A stretch of DNA of 43,738 nt, counting the filler, from Catajapyx aquilonaris (taxonomy: Eukaryota), in NCBI GenBank assembly GCA_000934665.2. It is 2 parts of 2 records of this genome, joined end to end, with 100 filler letters (N's around TTAATTAATTAA, not from the genome) between each part and the next. Parts side by side here need not be neighbours in the genome. Positions count along the whole stretch, not along the records: positions 1 to 21,799 come from JYFJ02005965.1; 1 more part is not named here. One strand, given 5' to 3'. Both the position numbers and the translations under genes were made by a program. The notes below the pieces were generated by a model, which had not been told where the DNA came from, ran no database searches, and worked only from the letters and a program-made list of their open reading frames with translations. Of the stretch, positions 1-15,300 are shown in pieces; within the stretch, counting starts at the first letter, position 1, and every line of letters begins with the position of its first letter.

Positions 1-775
1 AAACTCATGGCATTGTTAGCCGCATTGTAATATAAATTATATCTAGTGATTTGGAATATTATTGCTGCAAAAGCTATTGTTCGAATTTCAAATAGCATAT
101 CGTAAATATAGTAGACCTTATCATTACGCCAGTAATTGACATGTACTGTCTAATATTGACATAATGGCTGATCGATATTAAAGTCGCAAAAAAGCAATGA
201 ATACACCACAGAATTGACAGTGACATTCTGTATTAGACTATATTGAAATGAAAGTGTTTATACAGTTTATATTGCAGACAAAATTGAAAATCTAGACACA
301 ATTGAAATTCAATTGGCTCATCGAAACTCAACAATAAAACGTAACCAGATGGGGAAGGGTTTCAGTGAAAAAGCGAGTTTGAATCTAGTCATTACTATTG
401 GCGACAGCGCCAATTTGCTTCATTCTGCTGGAATGCAAACCCGGTTGTCTTTCCTACTCTTTTGGTACCCATTCTACAGGAGTAATCAGCCTTAGCATAC
501 TTGGAATGTGGAATAAGGGTCATAATTTACGAGAGGGGGGCCTGTAATTTGTACTGTGGCTTGAGAGTACTGAATAGAACTCCGACAAGTTCCTAGAAAA
601 TCGGGGTCATCGTATTTCCACATTCAAACCACCTTTCCGGTACTATACGAGAGTGTCCATATATTCAAATTACGCAGTAGAATTTCTGCTTCAATTCAAC
701 TGTCATATCATTAAATAATTATCCCAATTATGCCTAACGTCCACATCGTACAATATTATTAGATTGTTAGTTATA

Positions 776-960
776 CACTCTTAACCATTTACCTTCTCTA
801 GAGAGGGTAAAAAAGGGCCTCTTTTTACCCTCTATTTTCTAAGGTAATACATGCAAAATTTACCTTAGAATCAATTTACCCAAGAATATTTACCCTACAA
901 TGTAAGGTAAAAAATGGCCACTTTCTTACCCTCTCTAGAGATAGTAAATGGTTAAGAGAG
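776..960. mobile_element. MITE / non-autonomous DNA transposon with CACTCTTAACC termini
   Basis: Long terminal inverted repeats CACTCTTAACCATTTACCTTCTCTAGAGAGGGTAA...TTACCCTCTCTAGAGATAGTAAATGGTTAAGAGAG, flanked by TA on both sides. The same termini recur near 6041 and at 16570-16617. Confidence 0.85.
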
Positions 961-3381
961 TAGTGTTACTTATTTGCTCATGGCACTTTTAAACGATTAA
1001 ACAAACTAGGAAAAAATTATTTACATAAATAACAAAAATTTATGACAATGGTCAAAATATTGGAATAAATCGTTCCACACTTTTGTAAAGAATAATAAAT
1101 ATGTCCTGTGAACATTTTTGGAATTGCTATACATTGCACAGGGTCCTCCAGATTTTGGAAACACTGTCACGAGAGACCCCCCTCATTAGACGTAACAGGG
1201 CCTACGATTGTCATGAGGTGTCCTCGAGAGAAATTCCGACAAGAAAAACGGCATCCCGCTTCCTTTTCACGTCTTCTCAGCCTTGGCCCAATCCTATGGA
1301 CCCCCATTGGATCAGACCCCTCCAAAACCCCACAAAAGTCGGTTGGGGAATAATACTGGAATCTGAAATTCTCAAGAAAATGACCATCTTCCACCACAGT
1401 TCTGCTCAACTTTCTTTCTCCCTATCGCCATTGCAAACTTGAAACCCTGCTTAAGTATAGTTACATAGGCTCTTACTCTATGAACTTAAGTGACCAAAAC
1501 TCTGATAGTTATTTTACAGTAATCACAGAGTTGAATTAATGTAATTTTATCAAGGAACCATCATGACAGACTCTATGGGGATTTTCCTAGAAACGATTCA
1601 GTCGATTACAGTCGAAGTAAAGCCGTTGGTGCTTATGACATTGCGCGAGTGCACGTTAAAGATCCCCAGAGTGGCCAAACTTCCAGAAGGACCTGGGGGC
1701 TGAGCCGTTTCCTTAGTCTGACACTTATATTACGTGCAAGAATAGATCATACAGTGTTATGTAGACGATGATTCGGTTCTGTAAACATTTGAAGTCTTAG
1801 CCACTATGACAGGATCAGACGTAATTAATTTGGATGTCCATTCTAGTGAAGGCAAGTCTATTTTTCATGATTTTTTTTGCAACTCTACGAAAATTCTTTG
1901 GCTCCGGGTCGACGCGATGGAGTTTCCTGGGACAGAGCCCCGGAAGTCTGGCTTGTCGTTCATCATTAATTTATGTCATGGTTGTGATTAGTCGGAAGGA
2001 GCACAAATGAAGTTTGAATCCGGAAGAGAGAAAATTTGATCTGATGCTAGAGAAAGAGTACTGCATAAATGTTCTCACCATAGCCTATAAAACGTATGAA
2101 AATTTATGTGAGCTAGTGTTAATTACATTGCAACACGCTACTTTTGTGACCGTTTTTGGAGTCTCTTTAGCGACATTAAATTTTAAAATATGGGATTGTA
2201 AAAATTCAACAGTTTTATGTCCATTCACGTGGGGTTTTGATAATAAAACGTTTTATCTCTCAGCACCTTTAATGCTAAGTGGCACACACTATGACAATAC
2301 TAGTGACCTACCAAAATTTGGCAAAACGATTCAGTACGGCAGTGACAATTACATAATTTAATGAGATAACCCGCAGCATCGAAGCGACATCCGACGGTAA
2401 AGTGCAGACGTCTCCACCGAGCAGGTGGCGCCCGGAACGGCGGAATTTGGAATTCCGTGGAACTGCGTCGCCTTTTTATTGCGTTTAACAAAGTCCCTGG
2501 GCACTGTTTCCAAAAACCAAAAGTGGTTTGCAAATGTAGAAAACGCGGGCAAAATTTTGACACCACTCCCAATGCTGTAGGCCCTACTGTGCGGGAGGAA
2601 TTATAGGAACAGTCGGATGTTAATAATATAAATGGTGTTATTTCATTAAAATATTCAAATAATAGCTTCGAAAATGTCAGCACTGTTCATTGCCATTGTC
2701 CCTAGACATTTCCACTAAAATTATAAAGACATTATCTTACTGCGCAAGTAGAAATATATATTTTTTACTCTCTCCAGATTCAATTTCTATCATTCTTGGC
2801 GTGCCAACTTGGCCTCACGTCGACTTTTATTTGAGCAGCGTAGATGCTGAGCAAGAAGAAGGAAAAAGGATGAAGGGACTTTGGGGGGAAAAAAGGGTAG
2901 GGAGAGGAGGGGGGGGGGGCACCATCGACACAAAGTTACACAACTTCAGGCCTGGGTTTTTTGGGAATCTGGAAATGCACCAGATCCGGCCATTTCCCAA
3001 CCTTAAGCTTCACAACCACTTTGGATCGACTCCTATAGACATTTTGGAAAACTGGCATGGGGCTAGGAAAGTTTGTTCTTAAAAATGCCACTTTTTTGTG
3101 GATTGTGTATATAAATATGCAAATTTGTTATTACAATTAGCACTGATAATTTTGTTTGAATAATGTCACTAATTAGTTCTGAACATGTTTTTTTTTACAG
3201 ATTACTTACACATCGTGATGTATAATTGGAAACCACTTCTATCGACGGCCATCATTATTGAGTCTGCATCAATGGCAGTCACTTAAACTATGATGTGTCC
3301 ATTATAACCATAATAATAAGCCACATCGATATTATTAATAAGTCAAATACTACTACTACTGCGATTCACCAATTGATAAAG

Positions 3382-6300
3382 ATGGAGGACGACAATGTGA
3401 CCCTGTCAGGTCTAGCTTCAGCTCAACGTGACCTGGGTGTACTTCCTGCAATACTCTTCGGGGAAGGTCAGTTACTTCTTTGTATACACTAATATTGATT
3501 GCCATTACCTTGAATGTAGTCGCGGTTGATGATATAATGTCATTACGCTAAGTGTTGTTTATTTTCATGTGCATGTGTCCACCTGTGTTATTGTTCGTTG
3601 AATATGTAAGGATTTTTTTAAATTTAAAATGGTGGACAACTTTTAATTAAAAAAAATTAAGTTTCTGGTTAATTTCATTTTGCCAAAAAGCACCTATATC
3701 AAAAGTGATTACTTTTGCCTCTTTATACAAAAAAAAAGTGGAGCCATGTATAATCAAAACTGCACGTAACATGCGACTTATGAATAACTTAATGGGGGCA
3801 ATTCGCACACCATTACGTAACTAGTAATTCGCATTCATACCTGCCACCTTCAGTCAAAACTATTTGTTTGGACATAACAATCGATGCGTACATGACCTTG
3901 AGCTTGAAGAATATTGCCTTCAACCTTTACAAAGTCAAGGGCACCTATTCAAATATTCAATGCGCTTATTTCGCCTTTTTTTCCTCCCCAAACATGGCTT
4001 GAATATATATCAAGGCAAAATCAGTTTTTCACAAAAGAGTCACATATTGTACAAAATTTTCAAAATATGTCCTGAGTCTATGGGACTCCCGGCTATCTTT
4101 CTCTCTGGGACCGATAGACCGCACGTGGCTTCCACCGACTATCGCCAAATTTGTCAAGCGCAATTTAGCCACGCGTGTCGTTTTCCCCAGGCACAAACCA
4201 GAGGGGGTTGGGGGAAGTACTTTCGACAACAATTCTACTAAAGTACATAAAAAAGAGACAGTCAGACAAAAGGGTGGGTCTCTAGAGAGCTACTTCTCGT
4301 AATGGAATTTTGGGAAGAGCCCCTAGCTTCCTATTGAAGTTTTTGGTCAAAATCTGTGATAGGTCGGTTATAAGTGGTGTTGCTACTGGCTACGTATGAC
4401 CACTTAGCCCGTGGACTAACGGAAAGGTCACCAAATTTTGTTGGTTTATTACAGGCTTTAGGATGAGCTTGAACATGCTCAGCTGAGAGCAAAGTTTCAG
4501 CTCAATTAGCGCGAAGGTACTTTACGAGACAAAGGCATGGCATTGTTCCCCTAATTATTTCTCACTGAGATACGTCATGGTTGTTTATAACTTAAAGAGC
4601 AAAATTTACTACCTAAATGATTTAAATAATATATTATATTTGTAACTGTAATTGAACCAAAATGACGCAAATAACGGTTGACCCTAGAGGCTTGTTCTGA
4701 GACAATTAACTCTTCAAACCTAGAGGCCTAATTATTTTTGAGATACGTCTGAGATACGTCATGGTTGTTTATAACTTAAAGAGCAAAATTTGCCAACTGA
4801 ATTATTGAAATAATATATTATATTTGTAATAGTAATTGAACCAAAATGACGCAAATAACGGTTGACCCTAGAGGCTTGTTCTAAGACAATTAACTTTTAA
4901 CCCTAGAGGCCTAATTATTTCTGAGATACGTCTGAGATACGTCATGGTTCTTTATAACTTAAAGAGCAAAATTTACTAACTAAATTATTTAAATAATGTA
5001 TTATATTTGTAACTGTAATTGAACCCAAAATGGCGCAAATAACGGTTCACCCTAGAGGCTTGTTCTGAGACAAAGCTTCATTAACAAAAAGGCCCTCAAG
5101 CTTCAACCAATTAATCCAAAGGAGCTTCTGGTTGAATTGTACCTTTACGAGTGTAATATTGGCGTTTCCTTGACATTGAGCTTGTCGTAAAGCCAAATCG
5201 TAGCCTGTAGCTATTTTACTATCGAGGATTAATTAGAAACTCTTTCCAAGTTCGCGATATTTTACTGTACAAACGTCGCCACAAAGCCTGCAAAAAGTGA
5301 CAAAAGCTGGCATTGTTGGGTTGGAAACTATTTGTGGATAAAAATGGCATCAAGGTTGTGTCTTCCCACGGCTAAGGTCGCAGTTTCACCATTAGAGAAG
5401 CAACTTTGGCCATTGTCATGTAATTCACACCCAAGACCTTTTCTCCACCAAGTCGCGCCATTACTTCTACGTATTTGTGTCTTGCAAAATTGGCAAAAGG
5501 TCTTTGGCCAAGCAAATTGGAACTCCGATATGTCTCCGGTTCGGTGACAGAAATTATAGTGTTTATCCCTAATCAATGTTTCTGAACAGAATCGCATAAT
5601 TGATTAATACGATCTGTTTTAGCAGCTATAATTTGTCTGATAATATCGCAGTTACTTGATCATATTGGCATACCCCCTTTTTTTTTGCTATAGAAAGTGC
5701 TTGGAAGCTCAACATGAAATATGACTCACAGTGGAACAGCGACCACAAATTTAAGTTTGGAGTGCATTGAACCTACAGTGGAACACATTTTTCATACTGT
5801 AAATATTTGAATCATTTCATATGATAACGTATAGCTCTTACTAACCTATAGGGTTTCGAATGAAATACCTTATACCCGGAATTTACCTTATAGGCGACTC
5901 ATGTTAGCCTCCCATTTACCCTTTATACGTGTCTGTTTACCTTCTATGCACGACTTTACCTTCTATATTTCCCCTTACCTTCCATATTTAGAAGGTATTT
6001 TGCACATAGAAGGTAATTTATAAGGTAAATGGTTAAGAGTGTATAACTCCTTATGAGTAGTGATTCTATGAGTGATATAAATAAAGTGGGCATGTACAGC
6101 CTTGGCAATGAGGTATTTCCTTTGCGAAAAAGCCAGCCTTGATCAAATGAGAGATGCTCCAGACCCAATGGGTGTAATTTATTAAGTCGGACGTGGCTTT
6201 GAAGGATATCCTAAAGTTACCTCTACCCCCGTACCTCCAATTCAGTTTCCTGGCCTTGGCTTGTAGGTTTTTTCACCCTAAGTTATCTCAACTTGTAGGA

Positions 6301-9300
6301 CGTTGAAATAACTTTACGGTTATTGGCATATTGTAACAAACTTGGTTCACAGTATGATGGATTATGCCATCGGTCAGACCCTTGGATAGCATATTTAATT
6401 ACATGATTTTAAGGTAGATAACTTCAGCTCAAGTTTGACTGAACTTAAAATGCTGCATTATATGCAAATGACATTTTTAGAGTGTGTTTTTAAAAAAATG
6501 TACTGATAACCTAATTTTTAGTTATCGCAAGGTATGAAATGACATTACACTTTATCAATCTGGAGAATTATCTTGAAAACGTTGCATGCAATTTTAGACG
6601 TTTGTTTAGAGTCACGCAGCAATAAGAAAGCATTGTTGGCATGCGATGTCTATAGTTTCTAGTTTAAGCCAGTATTCGTTTGTCCTATATTCTAACCATG
6701 AACCACACCCACTTGTGTATCTAACATTGTTGGGGAAGATAATAGCTCAGATTGGATTTTCGCTATATAATTTGCCTTGGCTTTGACCTACTTTTGTGCC
6801 CTACTACACAGTGCCAATTACAATAATTGAAACTAAATGAACCAATCCCACTAACCTACATATAAATTAACTTGGTTAATCAACCGTGACTGTAGATGTC
6901 AAACCGCCCATTTTTTATTCCGAACTTATTTAGAAACATGGTGGGACGGAGGCGTTTAATGGAGGTTCGGACCTCGGACCCTAGAGGGGGTTAGGGATCC
7001 TGTTGCAATGGGTGAGACGCCATCTTTGATATAGTTTCCGTTTATATAATTTCGGTTTCGAGTCATTTCTACAAAATACTTTCTCAAAACTTGAAGCCAG
7101 TATGGATATATAAAACTTGTCCTATCCGTATAGGTCATGGACCATCAATCTGCTCCACTCCCACGATCTAACATCTCAAGTTTTGCGCACAAAAACCTCA
7201 AAAGAGTTGGAAGAGAATCGACAACCCACGCCCCACTGAAGATATTCTTTCCTTCTTCTTTCAACGATCTGGAACACTCCCAACTATTCTTTGACGCACC
7301 ACAAAAACTCTGGATGATATTTATCGAACCTTATTAGCCCTGTCAGTTCACAAAAGCTAGAGACCGCTGAACTTTTACGTAATGATGATATGAGGTTACC
7401 TTCCATTGCGGATTTTGGGGGACAATATTATGTGCACTTGGGACTGGGGGTAATGAGCATATCCCACTGCAGGCGAAGCATGTATTAGCTTTCAAAGCAG
7501 GAAAACGCTGTTAAATCACTACATTATCGAGCGTGGAATTAGGTGCATCAAGATAGTTTAATTAGGTACTATAAAATCAGATGGTGTGGAAGGTAGTGTT
7601 AATAACTAGGGTTTATCTGACAGGAAAACCTGACCTTACTGAGGAGATTTGGTTAAAATGTGGCATTATACTGCTCGTAAATATGCACGATGTGACCGCT
7701 GCCAAGGATGACCTCGGAGGTAAAGTCCAATGTGCTAAAAACTTTCCCCGTTAAAAACTACCCCTAATGATCACCCTGGGGCATACGTCGAAGCCTCCAT
7801 ATTGATTTGCATCGAGAACAAGGGGACATACGTTGTGAAATATGTTCCATAACGATTTGCAGAGAGCATTTCTTTACCATCTCACATGACCATCACTAGG
7901 TGGCATGCCGTGAGACCTGACCTCTGTGAACTACCATCATAATTAATATTCTACACCTCACCCTTTCAGGTACAAGGTGCAATGTCATGATGATTAATCC
8001 CTTCTAAGCTTGTAGTATAGACTTTCGGTGTGCTGTATCCGGGCTCATGTGCAGGGAAGCTTAAGCTTTCAAGAGTGGACCGACGATCAAGTGACGTCAA
8101 AGTCAACCTTGTAATGTTCTGTGTCTGCCCGGAATTTATTGGGGGATTCGGCTGTTTCCTTTCAGGAGCCACTTGGGGATTATGTGGGGAAGCTTTCCCT
8201 TTAGGCCTAAACCTATAATTTATTCAGAAGAAGTCGAGGTTACACTGTGGTAGGACAGATGCTATGTAGATGTTTCGAGATGGAGCTACAGCAGCCTTTG
8301 ACCTAAAGTGCAGATAACGACTTTTTTGTGGTACCCCTCTGGCTCACAAGGGAATATTTAATTATTTATTTAAAAAAGATGTTAAGGCCAAAGTTTTTGT
8401 TGTTGTGGTCACATAATGGGAGGGTTGAAATTTTAATGCCAATAAATTTTAATTGAGATTGGTTTAAGAGTTGACCGAGTTGACCCTTTAAGGGCAAAAA
8501 AAATGCATCCGTCACCAAAATCCTATCCCTTTGACAAATGTTGTCAAAGGCATTCCCGACGCGTCTTTCGTTCAAGAGTGTAGAAATGCCAGCATTTTAG
8601 AAATACTTCCACGACTTTTTAAAGGCCAACTTCAAGAAAGTTCTGGTCCTGTCTATATATCATTTAAAATCATTTTAAAAATGGGACAACTGAACTATAT
8701 GGACAATTCCTAATTACTTCATGGTTGGCATCCTACTTTGATGTTGATTTGCAGGGCGTGTGTTTTTTCTCAGTAATTTCCGATTTTCAAAGTGGATTAG
8801 TGTATACAGGTGCGTCGATAAAAGGTGTTTCATGATTGAGTCCATTGCTCAATATTAGATGAGAATGTTGGGCGAGCTCACATGTCTAGAGGTGGGAGGA
8901 ACGCACCTTCAAGTTACACTCACCCATATGCCTACGATCGAATAATAATATTAAGAATTTTCAGTACAATTTTATAATAACTACAGTAATTTATTTCCCG
9001 CAGATATTTGATATATCTGACATCATCAACAGCAGGTTATTTGATAGTCATATGCAAATCCCATTGTAATAAAATTATGTTAGTGAGCCATCAGGTCAGA
9101 CAGCATCTGTGTTAAACTATGATTTTATTATGCTGTGGTTTGACAGTATTTCCAAACTATTACAGTTCCATCCGGTACTATATGCATAATTTTTTTTTAT
9201 TATGACGCACATCTGTTATATCGATTCTCTTAATTCATTGTTCGACACTTTTTTTTGCCATTTTTCTTCTCTCCATTTTGCGTCGAACTTCCAACCGTCG

Positions 9301-12300
9301 GTCTATACTTTTATAGCCCTATAGTCAAAGCACTGACCTTCCTTTGATCAATCACTAAGGCAACAGATTCAAGAGAGAAGAACGATAATCATTAAGATCA
9401 GCAGAAAAATGAGTAACTTGATATTTTTTTGGCAGATACATTGCTCGGTATATTTATATACAAAAATTCCAATGAAGCTTGGAAACGGATAATAGACTTT
9501 GCATGATTATTCCACGTACCTGTTGGGTCGATATGAAACACTAGAGCAGGACAACATGAGCTCTGCTATTGGATGAAAGGTCGGAGGAATGCACTACATG
9601 TTTGATTTTCTAATTTTGACGCAGAGGACTTTCATACATTGGTTAATTAATACACCCAATTTTGGCCAGGTTGCTTCTTCTTTTGAAAAATTTAGAAGCG
9701 ACTCATATTTCCCTTGGTATGACATAACTATTCCCTATAGTCAGCAGTTTGTCCTTTAAAAATTTGCGTTTTAACATGACAGACTTATAGGATAATATCG
9801 TGCTTTCAGCAATCCATCAGAGGCATTTACAAAACTCGCTTACATAATACGGGTCCATCTGAGATGCATGTGTTGTTGATTTCAGGGCGTGGTTTTTGAG
9901 GTTTGGTCACGCAAAGGTCGTAGGGACGCTTGATTCCCCCTGAGATTTCCCCCAGATCCTTACAGCCTCTCTTACAACAACACCAAAGAAAATGATAGCC
10001 ATATTCAACCTGAAGTGTGATCAGTGAAAGTGTAGTTAATCAAATACGAAAATTAACTAGTAATTTGGAGATCGAACCCTACACTCAATTACCCATGTCG
10101 CATGAATTGTTTACCTTTAACAGCGCTGTTTATTTGATCATTACAGTACACCTATTGATCACATGCATACACAAAATTGATGATGCATATGATTTGATTA
10201 CTACACTTTGCCCTTTTCAAAAATATAGCCGCACCTTGTAGTCATATATCACTGTTGGGTATTAGCTACCTTGCTCTAACATCCTAAGTGAGATTTACAG
10301 CACCCTGTAAATTGTACCTTTCGACGTCGTAAGGCCTGGGTTTTAAATGGGCGCATTCAAGTTTTTATTATTTTTTGCCGAGCAGGTGTACAGTGTGGCC
10401 ATGGCCTTATAGTACCGTAATTCGACCTTCATTTTCCGGTGCACTCTCACCTTGCTGTTTTATTCATACTGGACGAATGTGTTTCCGGGATATAACGGAG
10501 CGGGCCTGGGCTGAATTACTGGAGCTTTATGCATTAGATCACTTTGTTTCAGCCTGGTGCGGAATACATGGGATTTACTAGGATTTGATAGAATGTGTTG
10601 AGGGCATTGACAGGAAGAATGTTCCAGAGAGATGCGTCACGTCAAATATTACATGGATATGGCGACAATTTTACTTATTAATCAAGAGTTAATTAGGCAG
10701 TCGGTATTAAAATTTTAGGTAGTCTCTAGTTTAGGTAGGCCTAGATGTAAATTAACAATGTTAACCAACTTGTTGCATATACAGTACCGCTCATTATAGT
10801 TAAATTTATAACGCTTTTTAATATAACAAAAGTTGTGTTGCGTAAACTTAAAGCGTGTTACATAATGCGTCATAATTAAGCATGTTCTGCGTCAACAATT
10901 AGTAGAAACCTGTGTGTAATCTAATAGAGACAAAAATGGGTTAGGTGGATACAATCAATACAAGTCTAGCCGTGGGTGTTTTTCTTTTCTAAAATGGTTT
11001 CAAAGAGCTGCGGCAAATGACGGCTTATTGTAAGACAGAATTGCGAATAAGCAATTATAAAATAATTAACTATTAAGGATTCAATTTTGGATTTGCAGAG
11101 AGAAGTCATTCTTGATTATGTAAACTTGGTTAGTTCTAAAAGGTCGTTTTGAGGATTAATCGGATTGAAATGTTGACCTTGAATTAGGATGAATATTTGA
11201 AGCTTTTTCTTTCATGTAAATCAAATTAGTGCCAACTGTGTCCCTCAATAGAATTGTTTGGCTTTAATCAGGCGGCGTTTAATGTATTTAGAGGTCATTT
11301 AAATATATTGTCAAATTCAAACATACGCCGAAGCCACGACCTTTGAGATCGGTTCTTGACAGCGTTTAACTCTTGCAACATCTAATTGAATGCATATTAG
11401 TTCGCGTGGGAGCTATTACAAAGAAGTCTATAAATAGCACAGTAATCGAAGTAATGTAGTAGGCTACATTAATTATCTTTTTGATTAGCCATCTCAAAAT
11501 AAAATATTGATCATGAGATCTGCATATTTGGTTTCACCGGAAACTTTCCCTCTTACATTACTTGGTGTATTTAAAGACATAATGATCCTGTTCATTGCAT
11601 AACGTATCAATGAATATGAAACGAACAACATTTTTGTTTTGCATGGAAACACGGTGATTCATAAATTAATTAGGAATTAATTTTAGATAATCATCGACAT
11701 CTTGAATGTCAATAACCCGGATGCACTTTTGCGCACTTTCTGTGAGAGTGTAACCTGCAGTTTCACATATAATTAACCGCAACATAAACATGACCTTCAA
11801 ACTATGCCGCAGCAACTCTCATGTTCTATTTTCAGAAGATTCCTTTGTAAAAATATAATGAAAACAAAATAAATCTCTGATGAAATGAGCTTCTGAATTG
11901 ACAATACGAGAAAAAAAGTATAATTGAAAAATATTTGAGGTACGGTAGCGAAAAACTTTTTCCTAGCAAGAAAATCCAGGTACAAAATACGTTTACAACG
12001 GTCATTTCCTTGACCTCTTTTCTTTGTATTCCATAGCACTGTTGACTCTTGCCTCAAGGCCTTGGTAAAAGAGCTAGGCTCACAAGACGTACTGTACTTG
12101 AAACGAGGCCTGGATCAGAAACTGCTTAGAAGAGACGTAGAAAATCTCATTCTTCGCTTTTGCTCACAACAGTAAAAAACCTGGAAGATTATTAAAGAAA
12201 ACCTTGTACCTACATTCTAAGAAAATGTTTCCTACAACACTACCTGCGACACCAATTTAACCAAATTCCTGCTGTCCTATATGTAGGACACTTTGGTAAT

Positions 12301-15300
12301 TTAATAATGTTCATTTGCTCATTAAAATATTTTTTGGGGGTTAAATAAAATTTGCATGTCATATTTTTCTACAGTATTAATATAAACTTCTGATTTCAGG
12401 ACAGGAGTTAGTCCCTGACGCACTTTCAACCATGTTGGTGCCAACACTGCAAATTTTGCTCCTGTTCAGTCTCTGTCTGGTTGGCTCTTTGGCTAACTGC
12501 CTGGTCTTCGTGGTTTTCTACCGTCGGCCAGCTCTTCGATCGCTCTCCAACAGGTCTGTGTCTCATTTTATTTCCACCTCCCTCAACAGGGTCACTGTCG
12601 AGTAATTTGCCACTGATTGGATACCTTCGACAAAAAAAAAAAAAAATCTGGCATGATGTCTCCGTGGAGAGGGAAAATTTCAGGGGTTTCATTATCGAAT
12701 CACGTACAGATAATATACGTAGCCTACACTTTTGTCCAACCGAAATGAGCCAAAATCCCATGGGTTGTAGTGTATGATCACCAACCAGACAAAGTCCGAA
12801 ATATAGTGCCATGTTGATGACAGTAGTCCTCTTTAAATTGCGACTGATAAAGTCTTGAAATTTTATAACAGCTATTTTGTTTACCGGTTTTTTGCATATG
12901 ACCTTTGGCCCCCCAAAGGCTCTGTAAAGCCCACCGGGGTAACTAAAAAAAATTAAAAATAAAAATAAAATATGACCTTTGACCTCCGGTCCAACTCTGC
13001 AAAATTAAATTAAGGCCGCGTTTTAAAAGCTCTAAACCAGCATCAAAGGACAGGGATTAAGAGCAGCGTAGCTTTTTACAGGTCGAATCGGGTCGAATAA
13101 TAATGATGAAGGCCAGTGACCTGCAATTGTTCCAGGACAAGCCTAATAGATTGCTGACCACATCCATTAGACTAGCTTTAATCTCTGCTCACATACTCGC
13201 ATTGCAAAGGACTATAGAAGCAGGGTGGGGTCAAGGTTCAAACCTGATTCAAGGGATTGACCCACTTTATACTGCTCAGACTTTGAAAATTGCGCGACCA
13301 TTTTCTCGGTATTGACATGAGAAGTCGAGTGTCCACATGGGACTCTCTCTCAACAGGTTATCCTTGGTAGGTCTTTGTCCTTTCTGCTCGAGTTTGGATC
13401 GACCATTAATTCGATTCTATCGACTGCTCTACTTGTATGTACCATTACTCTCTAAGGGCTATTAATACAATGTAACTAGGAAGATTAAATATGTAGAGAC
13501 CTTTTTTAAATATAGTGCTTCGTTTAAAAATTGATGTTATTTGTTTACACGTGTACCAGGAAATGCTTGTCAGGTATGATGGATTTACAAGGGTACTGAA
13601 CCTATTATGTAGCCAGAAATACCGATCCAGTTTAGGTTCATCCTTGTAACCTCTGTTTAAAAAAAAATAGTGCACATAGTTACTCTTTGTAGAAATATAT
13701 ATCTCTTCTGTCCCGTTTGAAACATGGTCTTGCTTTAATAGAATCCCTTAGGTGCACTGGGCCATGAAAAGCGCTACTTGAGATCCCCCTATAGGATTTT
13801 TCAACTTGCCTTCCCAGCAGACATCTTTTGATGTTTCTTCCCCCAACAGATAGTACCAGAACCGGTCTAAATTCACCGTTAGTAAAACTTAATCTAGAAC
13901 AACCATGCAGCCAGTTCTGAGAATTCCGTAGGCATGAAACAGATCGATCAACACCGGGCTATGTTTACAAGACCAGTTTACTCGCTTTGATGGAGGGTGA
14001 AATGTTTGACCACAGGTTTGACCAAGGGTTTGACCATAGCCAAATATTTTAATTAGTGAAATTTATATGGAAAAGACGCGAAATTGTAGCGAGTTGCGGC
14101 TCTGTCTTGGGTGGGCTATCCTGTTGACTAACCACCAGGAGGAACTGACTCGCACGCCATCTGTTTTGGATGCTACGTATCAACTTGAGTTTATGCAGTA
14201 CCCAAATATGATTGCAACGAAAGATGGAGAGCTAATTTCCTGAGGCGATAGGAAGCAATTGGATTGTGGGAATGGGTCTGGCTGGAATGGAGTTCAAGGC
14301 TGTTCGACTCTATCTGCCTCATAGGCACCCCCGTTGGACTCGTATTCCCCAAACTGGCAGCAATCACCTTCCGACCCAACCCAGCTTCAAAGTGGATCCA
14401 CAGTGGAGTGGACTACCTTCGTAATCTCCCCAGAGGGTGTACGGTCCGCCATAATGCTCCAGTACAAAATGTTGACGTCATCAGGAAATTCTGGTCTTGG
14501 AGAAGGAGGACGAGTGCATGTTATTGCCGCAATGCAGGAAAATTTTTTAAGCAATGTCCACATAGAATGTTTCGCCAATTTGCTCTATTTGAGGGCTAAT
14601 TTTTGAAACTAGGGAAAGTTGTTAGAATTTCAACCACAACGCTGCACCGCGTGTTATTGATTATTGTGTCACCTGTGTAACAAGTATACCGTAGCATGTT
14701 TGCATGGGTGCAAAAATCTTTTTGTCGATATTGATAAATAAATCAACCAGTTTTATCAACAATCTGATTTATGGTTTTAAAAAAATTCAGAAAACTCAAA
14801 TTTTGATTTAAAAAAAAACTGTTTTCAATTTTAAGAATGTGCACTGAATCATATATTTTATGCAAATATCTGCACTGTAAAATGTAGATTTTTTTTCTCT
14901 CGATACACATGTCAATGTCATGCAGCAGAATCCCAAGACATCACCCGCAGCATATTACATTTATGACTTTTGGGACTCCTCGTTGGCAACCAATGACCTC
15001 ACACGTGGCCATATAAAAGAACCAAGGTTTAACACCCTTCAAAACTTTTTTTCACCCAATTAAAAATAGCACATAACTCCTAAACTTTGTTCAAAAGTTC
15101 AACACCAAAGGCTGACGCACCCTCATTATTCCACTGTCCACCCCATGACGTCATTGGGATTGGACACGACAAAAAAAAGTGTCATCTTAAAAGCTTGACT
15201 CAACCAAGAGCTCTTATCAGTCAGGACAGCGGAACAAGTGACCTTGGCATTGAAAGCCCAAGGTGAACGTTCCGATATTTCAGCTGGGTCGCACGATAGG

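Noticed and set aside
1612..1685. GTAAAGCCGTTGGT...GCACGTTAAAGATCCCC resembling a conserved (Deu/Nin-type) SINE core
   Set aside because: Only a short remembered resemblance with no head, tail or TSD; it needs a Dfam/Repbase search.
12972..12985. TGACCTTTGACCT nuclear-receptor DR1 motif
   Set aside because: Single short match in repeat-rich intronic DNA with no supporting context.
14191..14606. Overlapping ORFs in GPCR intron 2 considered as the missing TM1 exon
   Set aside because: No TM1 signature. The real TM1 exon is 12400-12553, which is phase-compatible on both sides.
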